Below are positions 14,039 to 23,348 of a stretch of 64,000 nt of DNA, one piece after another. Below the pieces are notes generated by a model. The model did no database searches, was not told the origin of the DNA, and was given only the letters and a program-made list of their open reading frames with translations. A program made the translations under genes and the position numbers. Origin of the DNA: an uncultured delta proteobacterium (lineage in GTDB: Bacteria; Myxococcota; Myxococcia; Myxococcales; Myxococcaceae); the NCBI GenBank assembly GCA_963771175.1, contig CAVYSY010000058.1, positions 32,001 through 96,000 of the forward strand, written 5' to 3'. Each line of letters opens with the position of its first letter. Position 1 is the stretch's first letter.

Positions 14039-14970
14039 CTACTGCCGAATCAGTGTGCGATCCATCGCAACGGCCACCTGGAGGAGACCGTCCCCACGGA
14101 AGATCTGGAGGGCCAGGTCGGCGAGCTGCCCACCCTCCGTCTCGAAGGCGCTCTTGTCCACAACGACCGCGATCTTACCCGACTGGCCGGGAACTATCTC
14201 GGGTCGGTCCATACGAAGCGCGAAGGGTCGAGAGTGGAGCTGGTGAAGTCGCGGGTCAGGTAGGCACCATCGAGTTTCCAGGGCTCGCCGTAGTAGGTGT
14301 TCGTCAAGTGAATCACGACCGCAGCCTTCCCGGGACCCTCGAAGACCTCGACCCGCGTGTCCATATCCTCGTTTTTCGAGCGCCAGAACTTCGCGCGCCG
14401 AAACGGCGTCTTCTTCACCTGCCCGTTCGCGAGAAGCGTCGCGTAGGCGTGATCGACCGAGTTCTCTTCCTCCTTGAACCGCTCGTTCTCCCCGCGCAGA
14501 TGGCGCTCTCTGTTGAGCGAGTCGTAGAGGGACGAGAGCACCGCGTTGTAGCTATCGTGTTCCTTGAACACGTTGACCTGATAGTCGATCCATCCCCAGT
14601 CCTCGCGGCTCTTGGGCTTCACAAGGAACGTGAACTCCGTCCCGTCAACGAGCGTCACGAGCAGGGGCAGCGCCTCGCCGTTGTCGAGGTCACGCAGCGG
14701 CTCTAGAACCACCTTCTTACCGCCTACAAGCGGGGTCTCGAAACGCCCCTCCCACGCCAAGAACTTCGTCTTCGCCGGATCGACCTCTTTCTCGAAGCGG
14801 AGCGCCGTCACCACCTGCCAGGAAACGTAGATGGCCGGTGCCTCCTGGCCTGGATGGGCCGGCACCTTGAGGGTCCGAATCGTGAGCTTTTCTTCCTCGT
14901 CCCTGGCCAGAGCCGGGGAAGCCATCAGGACGAGAAGCAGGCCATACCTGAAAAGTGGGAGAGCGCGCAT
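14039..14970 (-). CDS. DUF2381 family protein (frameshift near 14225)
   Basis: Signal peptide, TALRFEKEVDP, LLVTLVDGT, short coiled coil, C-terminus ...IAVVVDKSAF...LQVAVAMDRTLIRQ*. Confidence 0.75.
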
Positions 14971-15207
14971 GATGGGGCCAACGTAACAGGAGGGGTCTGG
15001 AGCATCCATTGACACCTTCGCCGGAAGCCGGACGAAAGGCAGCCACGTTGGTGGGACCACCAGTAGAGGACGCATTCCCCACGCAGGAGTCCTTTGACAC
15101 CGTCCCCGCCGCCCACTGCGCGACAGAGACCCACGTCCGGGGTCGCATGGGGATGGGAGGGAGGAGGGAGCTAACTTCTGGGGTTTCCGATCGGAAGAGG
15201 AGCTCGC

Positions 15208-15759
15208 ATGTCCGATGTGACGCCCCAGGCGCCGCCCGCCTTCCACCTGCTGGCCAAGCCGACCGGAGCGGTGTGCAACCTCGACTGCAAGTACTGCTTC
15301 TTCCTGTCCAAGGACAGGCTCTACCCGGGCAGCGACTTCCGCATGAGCGACGAGGGGCTGGAGCGGTACATCCAGCAGCTCCTCGAGAGCCACCGCACGC
15401 CCGAGGTCACCGTCGCCTGGCAGGGTGGTGAGCCCACCCTGATGGGGCTGGACTGGACTTCTTCGAGCGCTCCATCGATTACGTGGAGAAGTACCGCAAG
15501 CCCGGCCAGCAGGTGACGTACACCCTGCAGACGAACGGCACGCGGCTGGACGACGCGTGGTGCGCGTTCTTCAAGAAGCACGGTTTCCTGGTGGTGAGCG
15601 CCCGCTGTACACCCAGGCGGGGAACACGGTCACGGACCGCTCCGTGAAGCCGGAGCAGTATGGGCGTTTCCTGATTTCGGAGAGGCGGGCCGCAACGACC
15701 CGTGCCCTTGTGGCAGTGGGAGCAAGTTCAAGCGCTGCCACGGCGCGAGGGGCACGTGA
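15208..15759 (+). pseudogene. Internally deleted anaerobic sulfatase maturase (radical SAM) ending in a SEC-C motif
   Basis: AKPTGAVCNLDCKYC, WQGGEP, LQTNG, then jumps to ...[13 protein letters not shown] and [19 protein letters not shown]; only about 550 bp. Confidence 0.8.
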
Positions 15760-15899
15760 ACCGGCGCTCCCGCCGCAAGGGACAGGCATGCTCGGTGCGC
15801 TCCTGGATGGGGCTCTCCTGGGAGCATTCTTCCCGGCGTGGAAGCTGAACGGGGTGCCCTGCCCCGGCTGGCCCCGGCCCATAGACCCTGCTCCTTGAA

Positions 15900-15916
15900 A
15901 TGCAATCGAGTTGCAT
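15900..15916. promoter_or_regulatory. Candidate Zur/Fur-family operator
   Basis: ATGCAA-TCGAG-TTGCAT inverted repeat 33 bp upstream of the Zn-free L33/COG0523 operon. Confidence 0.55.
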
Positions 15917-15949
15917 CAGCGCGGGCGCGGCGCTACAAGGAGTTCCACC

Positions 15950-16114
15950 ATGCCCAGAGGCAACCGAACCATCATCTTCCTGGTGTCCACCGAGGGCACC
16001 GGCCACTACTACACGACGACGAAGAACAAGCGCTCCACCCAGGAGAAGCTGGAGAAGAAGAAGTACGACCCTCGCGTGCGCAAGCATGTGCTGTATCGGG
16101 AGGGCAAGCCGTGA
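15950..16114 (+). CDS. rpmG: 50S ribosomal protein L33, zinc-independent (C-) paralogue
   Basis: [28 protein letters not shown]...[10 protein letters not shown]; no cysteines; AAGGAG RBS. Confidence 0.93.
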   Translation: MPRGNRTIIFLVSTEGTGHYYTTTKNKRSTQEKLEKKKYDPRVRKHVLYREGKP

Positions 16115-17347
16115 GGGAGGGACGCCTGCCCGTCACCGTGCTGTCGGGCTTCCTGGGCGCGGGGAAGACGACGCTCCTCAATCACGTGCTCAACAACCGG
16201 GAAGGCCGCCGGGTCGCCGTCATCGTCAATGACATGAGCGAGGTGAACATCGATGCCCGGCTGGTGAAGGGCGGGGCCTCGCTGTCGCGCGTGGACGAGA
16301 AGTTGGTGGAGATGAGCAACGGCTGCATCTGCTGCACGCTGCGCGAGGATCTACTGCTGGAGGTGGGCCGGCTGGCGCGCGAGGGCCGCTTCGATCTCCT
16401 GCTCATCGAGTCCACCGGTATCGCCGAGCCCATGCCGGTGGCGGAGACGTTCACCTTCGCGGACGAGCAGGGCCGCAGTCTGACTGACGTGGCCCGACTG
16501 GACACCCTGGTCACGGTGGTGGATGCCTTCAACTTCCTGAAGGACTGGGAGGACACCGAGGAGCTTCGGGCGCGGGGACTCGCCGCGGGCGAGGAGGACG
16601 AGCGAACGGTGGTGGACCTGCTGGTGGAGCAGGTGGAGTTCGCGGACGTGCTGGTGCTGAACAAGACGGACCTGGTGTCGCCCGAGCAGTTGGGGGAACT
16701 GGAGTCCATCCTCCGCCAACTCAATCCGGGCGCGCGGCTCGTGCGTGCCCAGCACGGCCGGGTTCCGCTATCCGAGGTGCTGGAGACCGGGACTCTTCGA
16801 CATGGAGAAGGCCCAGCGCGCCCCCGGCTGGCTGCGGACGCTGCGCGGCGAGGCCGTTCCCGAGACCGAGGAGTATGGAATCGAGAGCTTCGTCTTCCGC
16901 GCCCGCCGTCCCTTCCACCCCGGGCGCCTCTGGGAGTTCATCCACGGGAGCTGGAAGGGCGTGCTGCGCTCCAAGGGTTTCTTCTGGCTGGCCACGCGCA
17001 TGGAGGTGACGGGCGTGTGGGCCCAGGCGGGCGGGGCCTGCTCCTTCGAGCCCGCGGGGCTGTGGTGGGACGCCGTGCCCCGGGAGCAGTGGCCCGAGGA
17101 GCCCGAGGCCCGCGCCGAGCTCGAGCAGGACATGCAGGCGCCCTGGGGAGACAGGCGCCAGGAGCTCGTCTTCATCACCCGCCAGGTGGACCAGACGCTG
17201 CTGCGCGAGGCGCTCGAGGAGTGTCTGCTCACCGACGAGGAGCTCGCCCCGGGCCCACCGGGCTGGAGCCAGCTCGAGGACCCCCTCCCGCCCTGGGTGA
17301 TGGTGCGCGAGGGAGAGGATGAACCGTCCGCCGAGGAGGCGGCCTGA
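16111..17347 (+). CDS. COG0523 (CobW/YciC/ZigA) zinc metallochaperone GTPase (frameshift near 16790)
   Basis: [23 protein letters not shown], Cob[15 protein letters not shown] overlap with rpmG. Confidence 0.92.
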
Positions 17348-17502
17348 GCCGCTGATAGGAACCGTCATACCCGCGGCTTCGAGAAGCACGTCAACCTCTG
17401 CGTCTGGGAGCGACAGGAGGACGCGGAGCTGGCCTCCTGGCCGCGGGGGGTGTGTGCCACGCGGGACGTGCATCGTCGAGTTGACGCTCCTCGATGCGTC
17501 GC

Positions 17503-18345
17503 TCAGGCGCTGATCTTGATGGCCTTCCACGCGAGGAGCGCGCCATCGCTCTGCTTCTGCGTCGACATGACCACTTCACTCAGCGTCATCGAGGACTCGG
17601 TGACCACCTTGTCGGTGGCGTTCACCTGGTAGCCTTGGCCGCTCGTCGCTTTGTAGTTGGGTTGCGTGTTGTAGAGCTCGGTCTTGAGGCTCTCGTCGAA
17701 GAAGACCTGCGACGTGAGGTACGTTTTCGAACCGACCGTCACCTTGAAGTGAATGTGGGTGGCTCTGCTTGCGTACCAGCCGGGGAAGTTGGTGTCGAAG
17801 GTCACTCGACCATCCGATCCAGTCGTTTGGATGCCGCGGTACCACAGCGCTGCCGCGGCCTTCGCATCGCCGCCGGTGCACATCGCGTCATTGCTTCCGT
17901 CGATGTCGCCCGAATAGACACCAAACGTGTCGCAATGCCAGATCTCCAATGTGGCATTGGGAACCGGATTGCAGTTGCTGTCGACGATCAGGAACTCGAG
18001 TCGCGTCGGGAGACCCGCATAGCCCTCGCTGATGTCCTTGCGGACCAATTTGTCACTCGTGGCGTGGCAGGGCCCCCCGGTCGCCGACCTGTACACGATG
18101 CACGTCGAACCGACACCTGATGCGAATGGATTGCCGTAGTCCCTACCGTTGAGGACGGAGGTCCCCTCGGTCGCCCAGCTTCCGCTCGTCCCGCCGTCAG
18201 TGCCGCTCGTCCCGCCGTCAGTGCTTGTGGTTCCGTCGTCTGAGCCAGTGGAATTGTCGCCACAGTGGGCGAGCAACGCTGCAGCTCCCAATCCCCCCAC
18301 AATCTTGAGTACGTCACGTCGCGTTGTTTTCTTGCCGTTCGACAT
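17503..18345 (-). CDS. Tat-exported intradiol ring-cleavage dioxygenase-like lipoprotein
   Basis: TRRDVLK Tat motif, LAH|C; WHCDTFGVYS and FPGWYASRATHIH with Tyr/Tyr/His/His ligands. Confidence 0.8.
   Translation of the reverse strand: MSNGKKTTRRDVLKIVGGLGAAALLAHCGDNSTGSDDGTTSTDGGTSGTDGGTSGSWATEGTSVLNGRDYGNPFASGVGSTCIVYRSATGGPCHATSDKLVRKDISEGYAGLPTRLEFLIVDSNCNPVPNATLEIWHCDTFGVYSGDIDGSNDAMCTGGDAKAAAALWYRGIQTTGSDGRVTFDTNFPGWYASRATHIHFKVTVGSKTYLTSQVFFDESLKTELYNTQPNYKATSGQGYQVNATDKVVTESSMTLSEVVMSTQKQSDGALLAWKAIKISA
18182..18223. repeat. 21-bp tandem repeat x2 (TDGGTSG linker)
   Basis: CCGCTCGTCCCGCCGTCAGTG twice. Confidence 0.85.
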
Positions 18346-18460
18346 GTTCGGACATTCCTTGCCACTCGGGGCGTTCCGTGCCCGGGGTTCGAGGATCATC
18401 CTGAGGGAGGAATCTTACGAATTCCTTAAGAGCTCGTTTGCTCCAAGCGCCAAGCGAGTG

Positions 18461-18624
18461 TCAAAGATTTCGAGCGATGCGAGCCGGCACGACACGCGGC
18501 GGGAAGGAAAAGAGAGGGAAGCTCGCCGAGAAATCCCCCCGCCTCCACCGAGCTACCGCCTCTCGGAATGCCGCGACGAAGGCACGGTACTGCTCGCGTA
18601 ACTCCCGCAGCGCTTGTCGCGTGA
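18461..18624 (-). mobile_element. C-terminal remnant of a myxobacterial RAYT/IS200-like (HUH) transposase
   Basis: TRQALRELREQYRAFVAAFREAVARWRRGDFSASFPLFSFPP resembles the C-terminus of these transposases; no N-terminal part present. Confidence 0.5.
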
Positions 18625-19059
18625 AGGCCTGCCCATTCCCGGAAGGAGCAAGGGACGAGCCCCCGGACACTCGCTCCTGGTGTAGATGAGGCAGGCACTC
18701 TGCGGGTGTTGGAGCACTTGGGGCTGGCCTCGGCCCCTCCGTCGTGCAGAAGTTCCGTGAAGCAGCATGGAGGCCACATCACGGCCTGGAATCGCCGGTG
18801 CGGCCCTCCAAAGAAAGGACGGCGTGGGCCGTGCGAAGGGACCAGGTTCCTTGGAGTGGGGATGGATGGGGCGTCTATGCCCCCCGGCAGGAGGCCGAGC
18901 GATTCCTTGCCAGGCTGGCGAGACTCCGGGCCGCGCGGGTGCCGCTCACGCGAGGTCCTGGAAGTCGAGGTCCTGGTGGAGAAGTGCCTCCGGCATCGGG
19001 ATGACATGGTTGGCGCGATCCCCCCGGAAAGAGGTTGAAGTGGGTTCGGGGGGAATGCG

Positions 19060-20754
19060 ATGAAGCACCCTGTGATGCAGGTGGTATTGAGGTGGCAATA
19101 CTGGCTGCAAGTACTGGTGCTGGCGTTGATCTACGCGGCGGTGGCGTGGGCAGGGTTCAGGCTCGCACCAGCCTATGCGCACGTCACGTCGATCTGGTTT
19201 CCAGCGGGCATCGGGCTTGCCGCGCTGCTGATTTTTGGCATCAAGCTGTGGCCCGGCACCCTCCTGGGACCCATCCTGTTCACCCAGGCGCTCGGCGTAC
19301 CCTGGCTGCCATCGCTCATCGGTGGCGTGGGCGACATGCTCAGTTCCCTGGCGGGCGCGCTGGCCCTGAGGCACCTTTGTCATTTTGACGACCGGCTCGC
19401 CACCTTCCGGGACGCCATCGCACTGATCGTCTTTGGTGCGTTTCTGCCCACGCTATTCGGCGGAACGATTGGCGCCATCTCGCTGTACCTCGGTGGCAGC
19501 ATACCGCTGTCGATATTTGGCGAGGTGCTCGGGGTGTGGTGGCTGGCCGACATGGCTGGCGCGCTGACGCTGGCGCCCTTCCTGTTGTCCTTTGTCAACC
19601 GTCCGAAGCCCAGGATGTCTCGGCTACACTGGCTCGAGGGCGCAGCACTCCTGGGCCTGCTTCTGCTGACTTGCTGGATGGTGTTCGGGCGCGGTCTTCA
19701 GGTGTTTCTCGGCAATCTGCTGCCATCCTATGTCGTATTGCCATTCGTTGTCTGGGCAGCGCTGCGTTTCGACATTCGCATGACCTCATCCGTGGTGATG
19801 TTGTCCAGCATCGCGGCGATCGGGGGGACCGTCGGTCCTCTGGTTACGGCGAATGTGACGCGCAGCATCCAGATTCTGTACCTCCAGATCTTCATGAGCT
19901 CGATGTCCGCCATCGGCCTCCTGCTTTCCGCGGCGACCCAGCAACAGAGGGACATTGCTCAAGCCCTTCGCGACGATGTGGAGCGGCGCAAACGCCTCGA
20001 GGAGCAACTGAGTCTTTCCCTCATCAAGGAAAGGGAAGCCCGTATCGAGGCCGAGAAGTCCATCCAGGTGAGAGATGACTTCCTGGCCGTTGCCTCGCAT
20101 GAGCTCAGAACTCCCATTACTCCCATCAAGATATATCTTCAGCTCTTGAGGCGACACATACAAGAGCTACCTCCGGACGTTCTCCCGAAGGCCAGGATCC
20201 TATCGAGTGGCTTCAAGAGTGCAGACAGGCAACTCGATCGCCTCTCCAGACTCATCGACGACCTTCTCGATGTTTCGAGGATCACCGCGGGCCGGCTGAT
20301 TCTCAATCGTGAGGAATTCGATCTCTCCGAATTAATGGGTGAAATCGTGGAGCGGTTCAGACCAGAGAGCCTGATTGCGAAATGCGATTTGGGTTTGAGC
20401 GCCCAGCCCCGGGTGAAGGGGTTCTGGGATCGCTCTCGAATCGAGCAGGTTGCCGCGAATCTTCTCACCAACGCCATGAAGTATGGTGCCGGAAATCCGA
20501 TTGAAATCACTGTTGCGTCGGAGGGGAATGTGGCCAGACTCGTGGTCCGCGATCACGGAATTGGCATTGCGGAAGAAGAGCAGGAGAAGATTTTCGAGCG
20601 CTTCGAGAGGGCGGCTCCAGTCAGACATTATGGGGGCCTGGGGCTCGGCCTCTATATTACGCGCGAGATTGTTTCGGCACATGGCGGGACGATACGTGTG
20701 GAGAGCTGCCTCGGGCAGGGCTCTCGCTTCACCGTCGAGCTCCCTCTGACGTGA
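19060..20754 (+). CDS. MASE1-domain sensor histidine kinase
   Basis: Multi-TM N-terminus (IWFPAGIGLAALL, WWLADMAG), ASHELRTP, NAMKY, DHGIGI, GLGLGL. Confidence 0.92.
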   Translation: MKHPVMQVVLRWQYWLQVLVLALIYAAVAWAGFRLAPAYAHVTSIWFPAGIGLAALLIFGIKLWPGTLLGPILFTQALGVPWLPSLIGGVGDMLSSLAGALALRHLCHFDDRLATFRDAIALIVFGAFLPTLFGGTIGAISLYLGGSIPLSIFGEVLGVWWLADMAGALTLAPFLLSFVNRPKPRMSRLHWLEGAALLGLLLLTCWMVFGRGLQVFLGNLLPSYVVLPFVVWAALRFDIRMTSSVVMLSSIAAIGGTVGPLVTANVTRSIQILYLQIFMSSMSAIGLLLSAATQQQRDIAQALRDDVERRKRLEEQLSLSLIKEREARIEAEKSIQVRDDFLAVASHELRTPITPIKIYLQLLRRHIQELPPDVLPKARILSSGFKSADRQLDRLSRLIDDLLDVSRITAGRLILNREEFDLSELMGEIVERFRPESLIAKCDLGLSAQPRVKGFWDRSRIEQVAANLLTNAMKYGAGNPIEITVASEGNVARLVVRDHGIGIAEEEQEKIFERFERAAPVRHYGGLGLGLYITREIVSAHGGTIRVESCLGQGSRFTVELPLT

Positions 20755-20864
20755 GTGTCCACAATGTCCCCACCACACCTCCAGATGGAGCGCAGCGGCG
20801 AGTGGCTCGCCCCGCCCCAGTTCCACCACAAGGCTCCGCACGACGCAGAACAGTTTCACCAGGT

Positions 20865-22571
20865 TCACGAACGGTACGAGCCAGCTCTACACCGGCCCGG
20901 CGCACAGCCCGGGTGGCACTCGTCAGCGAGCGGCGGGGGGCGCCGACGGTGGAGCCGGCTCGGCGGGTGGCGGCGGCGCGGGCGTTGGTGGCGGCGCGGG
21001 CTCGGCGGGGCGGCGGCGCGGCGTTGGTGGCGGCGCGGGCGTTGGTGGCGGCGCGGGCTCGGCGGGTGGCGGCGGCGCGGGCGTTGGTGGCGGCGCGGGT
21101 CGGCGGGTGGCGACGCGGGCTCGGCGGGTGGTGGCGACGCGGGCGTTGGAGTCGGCCCGGGCTCGGCGGGTGGCGGCGGCGCGGGCGTTGGTGGCGGCGC
21201 AGGCTCGGCGGGTGGGGGCGACGCAGGCGTTGGAGTCGGCGCGGGCGTGGGAGTCGGCGCGGGCTCGGCGGGTGGCGGTCGGGGGGCTGGCGTCGGAGCG
21301 GGCTCGGAAGGAGGAGGCAGCGCGGGAGTTGGAGGCGGCGCGGGCTCTGAAGTGGGATGGGGCGTCGACGGCAGGGCGGGCTCTGAAGCCGGCGGAGGCG
21401 CGGCTTCAGGGCGCGGCGGCGTCATGAGCGAAGGCGAAGGAGTGGGCTCGGAAGGTGGAGGCGGCGCAATGGGCGCAGGAGGCGGCGCCGATGGAACCGA
21501 CGGAGGCTCCGTCCCCATGGGCGGAGGCTCGGTCGGCAGCGGCGGCGGCGCTGAGGGTTGAGGAGACGACGCTGTCGACGGGGGCGGCGGCTCCGGGAAC
21601 TCGGGAAACGGCTCCGTCCCCGTGGACGGAGGTGCCGGAGACTCGGAAGGAGGCGCCGTTGGCTGGGGAGGCGGCTCCGTCGGTATCGGCGACGGTTCGG
21701 GGGGCTGCTGGGACGCATCGGAGGGCCGAGGCGGCGGCTCCGTTACTCCAGGCGGTGGCTCCGAAGGCTCTGGAGCCGGGGCCCCTGGCTCTGGGGATGG
21801 CGCTGGCGACTTGGGCTCTGGCACCGGCGGCACCGCCTGGGGCTGGATGTCGGCCCGAACCACCCGCCCTGGTGGCGGCGGCTGGACCTTCGCTTCCGGC
21901 ACCGGTTGCCCCGCGTCCTGCGCGACCTGCTTGGGGTCTGGTCCGGTGACGAACTGCTGCCCCTCCTTTACAACGGGCCGATCCACGGGCCGCGTCTCTC
22001 TCTGCAGGTGCTCGACCTCGGCCCCCTTTGCCCGATGCCTCTCGTAGCGGCCATGGGGGAAGCGCCGGACCGGCACGAAGCACCATCGGTGGGGGGACCT
22101 CCCCACTGGCCACCCTCCGTAGCTGGACGGCGGCAGGGGCGCCCAACCGATGAAGCCCCCTCCGTACCGCCACTCCACCCAGCCCGGCCCCCACGTCGTC
22201 CCGGGCGTCCACAGCCACCCCCAGTTCGGGTGAAGGAACCAGCGCCCGTAATGGAACGGCGCCCACCCCCACGGGAAGGAGCTGACGAACACCCAGCCGT
22301 AGCCGCTGCTCGCCCAGTAGCCGTCACTCACGTACGGCATGAAACCCGGCCCCACCACCGCCACCGCGGGCCTCCACACCCGCCCGTAGGGCGACACGTC
22401 CACCCAGTCCCCGTACGGCGATAGCGTCCGCTCGAAGTCCGCGTACACGCCCATCGACACCGGGCTCGTCAGCGGCACCGGTTGGACCGCCACGCACCCG
22501 CCCGAGCCGCTCAGCGCGACAACTCCGCTCCATGCCAGCACGAGCAACCGTCTGAGGCCCAGCCTCGCCAT
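20865..22571 (-). CDS. DUF6600-like secreted/lipoprotein with long Pro-rich tail (3' frame uncertain)
   Basis: Signal with GG|C, LSPYGDW...PWGWAPFHYGRW...IGWAPLPP domain, then PAEPAPPPTP repeats. Confidence 0.75.
   Translation of the reverse strand: MARLGLRRLLVLAWSGVVALSGSGGCVAVQPVPLTSPVSMGVYADFERTLSPYGDWVDVSPYGRVWRPAVAVVGPGFMPYVSDGYWASSGYGWVFVSSFPWGWAPFHYGRWFLHPNWGWLWTPGTTWGPGWVEWRYGGGFIGWAPLPPSSYGGWPVGRSPHRWCFVPVRRFPHGRYERHRAKGAEVEHLQRETRPVDRPVVKEGQQFVTGPDPKQVAQDAGQPVPEAKVQPPPPGRVVRADIQPQAVPPVPEPKSPAPSPEPGAPAPEPSEPPPGVTEPPPRPSDASQQPPEPSPIPTEPPPQPTAPPSESPAPPSTGTEPFPEFPEPPPPSTASSPQPSAPPPLPTEPPPMGTEPPSVPSAPPPAPIAPPPPSEPTPSPSLMTPPRPEAAPPPASEPALPSTPHPTSEPAPPPTPALPPPSEPAPTPAPRPPPAEPAPTPTPAPTPTPASPPPAEPAPPPTPAPPPPAEPGPTPTPASPPPAEPASPPADPRRHQRPRRRHPPSPRRHQRPRRHQRRAAAPPSPRRHQRPRRRHPPSRLHRRRPPPLADECHPGCAPGRCRAGSYRS
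20950..21350. repeat. Imperfect GC-rich tandem repeats encoding PAEPAPPPTPAPP
   Basis: Recurrent GGCGCGGGCTCGGCGGGTGGC / GGCGCGGGCGTTGGTGGC units. Confidence 0.85.
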
Positions 22572-22743
22572 CCCCGTCTCCCGAGACGCGCGCGCTCCCC
22601 TCCCGGATGCCGCTATCCATCTGCCTCCAACCTGGGCAGCGGCGCACAAGATGGCCGCACCGCCTCGCCCCCCTGGTCGCCCTCCAGTGGAGCCTCATCA
22701 CACGACCTTCGCGGCCTTCTGGCCCGCCTTCGCGCCCTGGCGC

Positions 22744-23208
22744 TCACGCGCTCACGCGCTTGATTACCTCCAAGGCCTCGGTGATGTGCCGTTTGGCGTT
22801 CAGCTGGGAGTTGAACACGTGCTGGACGATCCCGTTCGCGTCAATCACATAGGTGACCCGGCCCGGCATCAGTCCGAACAGCGAGCGCGGTACTCCATAG
22901 CTCTCGCGCAGTGAACCGTTCTCGTCGCTCACCAGGGTGAACGGCAGCCGGTGATGCGAGGCGAAGGACTCATGGGACGCGGCCGAGTCCGCGCTCACGC
23001 CGATCACCTCGGCACCCGCCTGGGTGAAGGATTCGTAGCTGTCGCGGAAGGAGCAGGCCTGGGCCGTGCACCCCGGCGTCTCGTCCTTTGGATAGAAGTA
23101 GAGGACAACCGCCTTCTTCTTCCGCAGCAGTTCCTGGAGGCTGGTCTGCGTGCCGTCCTTCTGGGGAAAATCGAAATTCGGGGCTGTGTCACCGACCTGG
23201 ATGGCCAT
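22744..23208 (-). CDS. bcp: Peroxiredoxin (BCP/PrxQ)
   Basis: LYFYPKDETPGCTAQAC motif. Confidence 0.9.
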   Translation of the reverse strand: MAIQVGDTAPNFDFPQKDGTQTSLQELLRKKKAVVLYFYPKDETPGCTAQACSFRDSYESFTQAGAEVIGVSADSAASHESFASHHRLPFTLVSDENGSLRESYGVPRSLFGLMPGRVTYVIDANGIVQHVFNSQLNAKRHITEALEVIKRVSA

Positions 23209-23302
23209 GGGGCTCCTGGGGACGCGGGAAATCGCGCCTCCAGATAACGGCCGGCGTCAGCGCATTCAATCCTCATCTGGAGATGAGGGCCCTTGAACCC
23301 GC

Positions 23303-23328
23303 CGCCGTGGGGCCGGAACCCCACGGCG
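23303..23328 (-). terminator. Hairpin downstream of argS
   Basis: CGCCGTGGGG-CCGGAA-CCCCACGGCG. Confidence 0.5.
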
Positions 23329-23348
23329 CGTCTTCACGCGGGAGCTGG

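Noticed and set aside
18630..19040. Short ORFs between the transposase remnant and the MASE1 kinase
   Set aside because: No recognisable product; probably decayed sequence
20950..21350. Possible CRISPR array
   Set aside because: Degenerate coding repeats with no unique spacers and no cas genes
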